A DNA stretch of 64,000 nucleotides from an uncultured Gammaproteobacteria bacterium (lineage in GTDB: Bacteria; Pseudomonadota; Gammaproteobacteria; UBA9214): NCBI GenBank assembly GCA_963773065.1, contig CAVYZN010000006.1, positions 201,470 to 265,469 of the forward strand, written 5' to 3'. The translations under genes and the position numbers were made by a program. The notes below the pieces were generated by a model. It had not been told where the DNA came from. It worked only from the letters and a program-made list of their open reading frames with translations, and ran no database searches. Below, in pieces: positions 56,742 to 64,000 of this stretch. Each line of letters starts with the position of its first letter. The stretch's first letter is position 1.

Positions 56742-57857
56742 CTACCTGCTTGACAACCAGGATTGGCTTGCTGGGACGGCCGAGGACGAGTAGAACGGCG
56801 ACGGCAGGGTGGGATAGGCCCGATAGATATGCCTGAAAATCTCCTCCGCCCTTTCGTTCACGTCGTCTTCAGTGTAAGCCTCCACGGGAAGCCCCGTGTC
56901 ATCGCTCCACAGGTAATCCTGGATCGTGACACGCACCGCATCGCGGGTTGATTCCTTGTCGCGCCAGTGGTCGACGCGTAGCTTCTCTGCTTTCAGCCGT
57001 GCAAGTAACTCCGCCGCGACCGTCTTGATCCTTTTTATGTCAGCGGATTTCAAATCGGGTTTCTTCAGGAGGTCGAAAATCGCCAGCGACTCTTCGTCCA
57101 GTCCTTCACGAACGGCCCGGTGCTCTTCTTCATCGAGTCCCTGAACGAGCTTCAACAAGGCCTCGAAGGTCTGCTCGATGGTCACCCGGTCCTTCTCGCG
57201 GTTGTACTCGGAAACGATCTGTTCGTAGTGCTGCTGGAAGTCGGTGCGCAGGGGGTTTTGTTGCAGCAGTCGTTGCAGCCGTTGCTCCACGGCCTGGCGA
57301 AGGTTCTGAACGGTGGTGTGTTTTCTCGGGCTGCGCTCGAACTCCCGGCGCAGCCGGTCGAAATCGATCTTGCTGATGTCGTAGGGTGCGGGCTCCTCGC
57401 CCTGCCAATCGGGCTGCACCTCGATCGCCTCGTCCACTACCCGGTGCAGTTGCCGGATGATGTCGGTGATGTCGGCCTGCTCGCGGTCCTGCTGCAGGCT
57501 CTTGTAGACGATGTTGATCGCATCCCGATCGGACCGGTGGGCATTCACGCCCTGGACGTTGATGCACGCCTTGAACTTCTTGAACACCTCGCGGCACATC
57601 ACCTCGAAGCGCTTGCGGCTCTCGTCGTTCTCGTTGGCCGCTTCCTTGCACGCGACGATGGCGGCGTTGCGCTCGAAGCCGGTCTTCTGAATGACGTCAT
57701 CGAGTGCGGCGTCCCGGTCTTCGAGGAACGCCCGCACCAGGGCGATGGCCTCGGCCAGGTCGGCCAGCAACTCTTCGTCCGGCCGCGCCGGGTCGGTCTC
57801 TCCGCCCTCCCCTTCAGGCCGTGTCCCGGCGAAGGTCGCGAGCGCCTTGCGCAGGTG
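56742..57857 (-). pseudogene. hsdR: C-terminal fragment of type I RM restriction subunit (DUF3387-like)
   Basis: HLRKALATFAG...DISKIDFDRLRREF...NPLRTDF...GLDEESLAIFDLL...DHWRDKESTRDAV; no nuclease or helicase motifs. Confidence 0.75.
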
Positions 57858-58540
57858 AGCCGTTCGGTGGGTCGCTGGCCGTGCTCCTCGACGATGCGCG
57901 CGCTCTGCACGAACATGCCGCCGGAGCCGCAGGCCGGATCCAGCACCGTGCCGCGCTCGGGGTCGAGCACGTGGGCGATCAGCGAGACCAGCGAGACGGG
58001 GGTGAAGAACTCGCCGCCGTCGTGCGCCTTCTGGTCGGCAAACTGGGTGAGGAAATATTCGTAGATGCGCCCGAAGACATCGCCAGAGACCTTCTTCAGC
58101 TCGTCGGGGTTGAGGGTGCGCAGCAACTGGCCGAGCACCTGGTTGTCCAGTTCCTGGTATTCGCCCTTGGGCAGGACGCCGCGCAGGTTCTCGTAGTCCG
58201 CCTCGATGGATTCCATCGCCTCGATGATGGCGCGGGCGCGGTCGGCGCTATCGGGCAGGGCCACGAGGTGGTCGAACTGCGCCTTGGGCCTGAGGTAAAT
58301 GGCGCCCTGCTGGGAGAAGTCCTCCTTGGTCAGGGCGCGGGTCTTGCCGCCGCGGCTGGGAAGCCTGGGCTCGATCTTGGCCTTGACCGCGAGATAACGG
58401 CTGTAGGCGTGGCGCAGAAACACCAGGCCCATGACGGGCAGAAAGTATTCATTGCTGGCGTAGTTCGAGTTGGCGCGCAGGTTATCGGCGGCGCTCCAGA
58501 GGCGCTTTTCGATCGCTTCGATGTGTTCCAGCTGCGGCAT
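57853..58540 (-). pseudogene. hsdM: N-terminal fragment of type I RM methyltransferase
   Basis: LWSAADNLRAN, FGRIYEYFL, GGEFFTP, DPACGSGGMF; ends at ERLT before any NPPF motif. Confidence 0.85.
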
Positions 58541-58679
58541 GTTCTTTCTGCTGTCCTTTCTCGTTTACTCGCCTTCACTTTCCGTGTAGCGGAAAACTTC
58601 AGATACCTTCTGAATGATGCGTTCCAGGCGCCACAGCCCATTCCTACGTCACGAGATCACCGACACGTTTCGCGAGTCT

Positions 58680-58720
58680 CGCCCGATGCGCACTAGGTTA
58701 TCAAGCCGCGGGTGGCTCAA
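58680..58720 (-). pseudogene. Tiny N-terminal remnant of a HEPN-like partner gene
   Basis: TTG-SHPRLDNLVRIG directly after the truncated wHTH gene; resembles from memory the start of the partner ORF of this wHTH-MNT family. Confidence 0.35.
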
Positions 58721-59097
58721 GTTCGTTGCCGATCAGGACCATCGGCCTGCGCCACGGTCTTTTTCACCAGGCCACGCAGTTCATCGAAGACCGGCGCGGC
58801 GGGATTCGCCTGGTAGTGCTTTTGATTGCCGATGTGCTTCACCGTTACGAGGCCGCTGGATGCAAGCCGCTTGAGTTCGCGTTGCACGGCGCCGGACCCG
58901 GAACCGGTCAACTCGATCAATTCGGAGGCATAGAAACTGCGGGCGGCCTGGCCGAACAGCAGCGCCAACACCCGCTGCTGGGTGGTCGTGAACAGCGCGT
59001 CGGCCAGGCTCGTGGGCGCGGCCGGGAGGGAGGCGGCCGCCTTGCGGCGGGCCAGTCGGGAACCCCTGGTGGTCGCTGTGTTACCCATTTCGGGCAT
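58717..59097 (-). pseudogene. wHTH N-terminal part of wHTH-nucleotidyltransferase protein; MNT domain deleted
   Basis: SLADALFTTTQQRVLALLFGQ...GSGAVQRELKRL...GNQKHYQAN...ELRGLVKKT then ends; no G-S-x-D-x-D motif. Confidence 0.7.
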
Positions 59098-59117
59098 CTT
59101 AATGCCCATTTTGGGTA
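59082..59117. promoter_or_regulatory. Inverted-repeat operator overlapping the wHTH gene start
   Basis: TACCCATTTCGGGCAT-CTTA-ATGCCCATTTTGGGTA; 12/16 dyad, and each arm is itself semi-palindromic. Confidence 0.55.
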
Positions 59118-59303
59118 GATCACAAGGGCCCGGGAAACAGGAAAGATTTTGAGGTAACCGGTGACCTGCGACGCCAGATTTCCCCAACGCGCTGCGCGCT
59201 TTTTGTCTCGCTTCCGCGGGAACGACAGGCTTAATCGGAGCATCCTTTATATCCATCGCCGTGCTCTCCTGCCGGATCTCCGACTCGCGGGTAACACCGG
59301 CAA

Positions 59304-59770
59304 TCAACCGCAGGCCTTGGCCGCCGCGGCCTGTATTTCTTCCGGGCTGAGGTCGCGGATGTGCGTGGCGATCGACCAGTGATGACCGAAGGGGTCCTCG
59401 ACCTGGCCGTAACGGTCGCCCCAGAACATATCGTCGACCGGCATGGTGACCTTCGCCCCCGCGGCGACGGCACATTCGACGGTCGCGTCGACATCCTCCA
59501 CATAGAGGTGGATCGTGACCGGCGAGCCGTTGAGCGACTTCGGTCCCAGCGCACCGCATCCGGGAATTCGTCGACCAGCATGACGGCCGAATCGCCGATG
59601 CGGATCATGGCATGCATGAGTTTGCCCTGCGGGCCGGGCAGCCGTGCCGACTCAACGGCGCCGAAGGCTTGCTTGTAGAACTCGATGGCATCGGCGGCTC
59701 CCCCGCACACCAGGTGCGGCGTGACCGTATGCATGCCATCGGGGATAGGATTTACTTTCCGTTGGCTCAT
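59304..59770 (-). CDS. VOC/glyoxalase (PhnB-like) protein (frameshift ~59555)
   Basis: PIPDGMHTVTPHL, AIEFYKQAFGA, MHAMIRIGDS; DMFWGDRYGQVEDPFGHHW. Confidence 0.88.
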
Positions 59771-59901
59771 GTTCATCTCTCCTCGTGGTTCTCGGTTCGG
59801 ATCGGCGCGCAAGTACGTTCGCCGCTCCAGGTTTACGAAACGACGGGCGCGGATTCGACACGCCGTGCGAAGTCTTGCAGCTCCGGCGCACGCCGTGACG
59901 G

Positions 59902-60315
59902 CTACTTCGCCCCGATGCCCATGTCGCGAAAGCGTTCGACCGCGTCGCTGGGACCGAAATCCTCCAGCTCGAACAACTGGCGCACCTCGATCTCGGCAGC
60001 CGCGCCCTCGCCCACGGGGTTGGGGAAGCGTCGGGTCCATTCAAGCGCCTCTTCCCGCGACTTCACCTGGATGAGCGTGTAGCCGGCGATCAGTTCTTTC
60101 GTTTCGGCGAACGGCCCGTCGATGACGGTGCGCTTCCCGCCCGAGTACCTGATGCGCCAGCCCTTCGAGCTCGGCTGGAGCCCGGAGGCGTCGAGCAGCA
60201 CCCCGGCTTTGACCAGTTCCTCGTGGTAGGTCGCCATGGCGGCGATGAGTTTCTCCTCCGGCATGACGCCCGCTTCCGAGTCACTGGTGGCTTTGACGAT
60301 AATCATGAATCGCAT
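59902..60315 (-). CDS. YciI/DGPF-family protein
   Basis: MRFMIIVKAT, GLQPSSKG, DGPFAETKELIAGY, IEVRQLFE. Confidence 0.9.
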   Translation of the reverse strand: MRFMIIVKATSDSEAGVMPEEKLIAAMATYHEELVKAGVLLDASGLQPSSKGWRIRYSGGKRTVIDGPFAETKELIAGYTLIQVKSREEALEWTRRFPNPVGEGAAAEIEVRQLFELEDFGPSDAVERFRDMGIGAK

Positions 60316-60608
60316 CGTAACTTCTCCTCTTTGCGTGGATTTCGAGCAAGACCCCCGGATGGTCCCGGACGGATTTGCATTCTCACTCTAAGTGTACGAC
60401 GAACGAAATCCCGCAAAATCGACACGTCGAAGATTTTTTTGCGCCGCTTTCATCAGCCAGACATGCGGGCTCCAACGGTCGCGGCTCGACCAAAAGGCCC
60501 TGGAAATATTCATGGAACTAGATCTGTTGAATTGCGTGGGTACGTCGGTGATTCGTGTGCTGGCAAGCGGGATACAGATACACTTCGGCTCCGGTATCCG
60601 TTCGGTAT

Positions 60609-61680
60609 TCACCCCACCAGCGCCACCGCCTTGATCTGTGCCCACACATTCAAACCCGGGCGCAGGTTCAGGTTGGCGGCGGAGCGGTGGGTGATGCGCG
60701 CGACCAACGGGACTCCGCCGACGTTGAGGCGCACCAGGGCCAGCGCGGGATGGGTGTCGGCGGCGATTTGTTCGACGGTCGCGGGCAGAACGTTGAGGAT
60801 GCTGCTGTCGTCGTGGGTTTCCAGCGCCAGGCTGATGTCGCGCGCCAGGATGCGCACGCGCACGCGTTGGCCGACAGGCACGCCGCTGTCGCGCACCCAG
60901 AGATGCCCCCCGGGGAAGGCGATGCGCGCCAGGTGCCAGTGCGCGTCGCGTTCGGCCATCGCGCCTTCCAGCACCACGCCGGCGTCTTCGCCGAGCCGGA
61001 TGGGCAGATCGAGCCGCGCCAGAGTTTCGCCCAGCGGGCCGCTGGCGAGCACGCGGCCCTGTTCCAGCACCACCAGATGGTCCGCCAGATGCGCGACCTC
61101 ATCGGGCGCGTGGCTGACGTAGAGCATGGGGATTTCCAGCTCATCGTGCAGGCGCTTCAGATAGGGCAGGATCTCCTGTTTGCGCGCGAGATCCAGCGCC
61201 GCGAGCGGTTCGTCCATGAGCAGCAGTTGCGGGCTGGTGAGCAGGGCACGGGCGATGGCGACGCGCTGGCGTTCGCCGCCCGAGAGCCGTCCGGCAGGCG
61301 CGCCATCAACGCTCCGATGCCAAGCAGATCCAGCACATGCCGCAGGTCCACCTGGCGCTGCCGGCCGGCACCCGGCGCATGCCGTATTCCAGGTTGCGGC
61401 GGATATCGAGATGCGCGAACAGGCTGGCCTCCTGGAACACATAACCCAACGGCCGGCGATGCGTGTGAGAAACACCCCCCGTGCGTCGTCCTGCCAGACT
61501 GCGCCGTTCACTTCCAGATAACCGCCGGGCGCGCGCTCCAGTCCGGCGAAGGCGCGCAGGCAGGTGGTCTTGCCGGAACCCGATACGCCGAACAGCGCGC
61601 TGACGCCGCGTCCGGGCAGTTGCAGATCCACCTCCAGACGAAGCCGGATAGGCGATGTGAAAGCGCGCATCAATGCTCAG
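60609..61680 (-). CDS. modC: Molybdate ABC transporter ATPase (several frameshifts)
   Basis: [30 protein letters not shown] domain SSILNVL...AQIKAVAL. Confidence 0.9.
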
Positions 61681-62357
61681 TGCGCCGCCGGCCCGGATTC
61701 ACGGTATACAGCGCCAGCAGCACCAAAAACGCGAACAGCACCATGCCCGCCGACAGCCAATGCGCCTGGGTGTATTCCAGCGCCTCGACATGGTCGTACA
61801 TCTGCACGGAGACCACCCGGGTCTTCTCGGGATGTTGCCGCCGATCATCAGCACCACGCCGAATTCACCGACGGTGTGCGCGAAACCCAGGATGGTCGCT
61901 GTGAGAAAACCGGGTTTCGCGAGCGGCAGCGCCACGCTGAAGAAGGCATCCAGCGGCGCGGCGCGCAATGTCGCCGCGGCTTCCAGCGGGCGTTCGCCGA
62001 TCGACTCGAAAGCATTCTGCAGCGGCTGCACCACAAACGGCATCGAATACAGCACCGAGCCCACCACCAGACCCGCGAAGGTGAACGGCAGCACGCCCAG
62101 CCCGAGCGCCTGAGTCAGTTGGCCGATCGGGCCGTTGGGACCGAGCATCACCAGGAGATAAAAACCCAGCACCGTCGGCGGCAGCACGATGGGCAACGCG
62201 ACCAGCGCGCCGACCGGGCCTTTCCACGCGGAGCGCGTGCGCGAGAACCACCAGGCAACGGGCGTGCCGATCAGCAGCAGAATCAAGGTGACCACGGTGG
62301 CCAGCTTCACGGTCAGCCAGATCGCGGACAAATCGGAGACGCTGATGAGGGATTCAT
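61670..62357 (-). CDS. modB: Molybdate ABC transporter permease (frameshifts)
   Basis: [54 protein letters not shown]. Confidence 0.92.
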
Positions 62358-62448
62358 GGCGGTTCAGGCAGTGTAAGCGATGCGGCCTAGCCTAAACTGG
62401 AAAACAATGAGGTGGGAAATGTTTTTAACCCCAAAGCACACTAGGGAA

Positions 62449-63586
<1,138 letters not shown>

Positions 63587-63806
63587 CTACCCAGCCCGCC
63601 ATTGACGCCAACCTCACATTGGATGCGAGGGACGCCGTCCTGTGTGAGCGGTCTGACGACTGGTACCCTAGAGTGCGAGGCCGCTCGATCTGAATGCAGT
63701 ACGCCGCTCTGTAGCTCGCCACCCAAGATTGCCGACCATGGGGTGCCCGTGTCGCTATTTGAGCCGGAATTTTTTCCTTGTATATCAGTAATTAATGTTT
63801 TTAATA

Positions 63807-64000
63807 TGCAGGGTCATCGAGCGGCATGTTTACCAGATTGTGCAGGATGCGCTCGACCGCCAGGCGGCGGTCGCCTCGATGGACCGCGTCAGATCGGCAA
63901 GACCACGCTGGCGCTGGAAATCGCCGAAGCCCGGCCCTCCCTCATCTCGACCTGGAGTCACGCGACGACCGGGACAAACCGCCGACCCTGCCTTGTTCCT
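63807..64000 (+). CDS. AAA_14/DUF4143-type ATPase, N-terminal part (frameshifted, runs off window)
   Basis: IERHVYQIVQDALDRQAAVA / GPRQIGKTTLALEIA / LDLESRDDRDK. Confidence 0.7.

Noticed and set aside
58717-59559. 280-aa ORF as a single protein
   Set aside because: Chance read-through from an off-frame part of the VOC gene into the wHTH gene.

Overview
GC-rich, probably gammaproteobacterial chromosome segment. It carries many 1-bp frameshifts in otherwise intact genes, most likely long-read consensus errors. From left to right: end of a STAS/RssC-like gene; putA plus a coupled Coq4-motif gene; a small integrase-less integron cassette cluster (BrnT-like TA pair, frameshifted HEPN-motif cassette, DUF559-like nuclease, one intact attC, and two copies of a palindromic element at attC positions); a MacAB-TolC-type exporter; a PA0069-family radical SAM gene; a secreted Ca-binding RTX-repeat protein behind a perfect CRP-type box; a carbon-storage supercluster (glgX, glgB, Pat-type acetyltransferase, phaR-B-A-P, class III phaEC, Zn-dependent deacetylase, LysR, aceBAK); two VPLPA/PEP-CTERM proteins, one built of about 4.4 near-identical 489-bp repeats; an IS200; a form I-type CO dehydrogenase cluster (coxMSL-G-D-E-F, mocA, xdhC, moaA) whose active-site loop reads AYRCSVR; gltBD; a deletion-eroded MNT/HEPN plus type I RM island; VOC and YciI genes; modABC with nested REP-like elements; and the start of an AAA ATPase. 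The most notable item is a duplicated small Cys4 protein (C-x3-C-x4-C-x7-C), with one copy absent from the ORF track. The two copies are under clear purifying selection, share an upstream motif, and bracket the acetyltransferase-PHA-deacetylase block. No rRNA, tRNA or CRISPR array was seen. All family calls come from motif recognition, not database searches.
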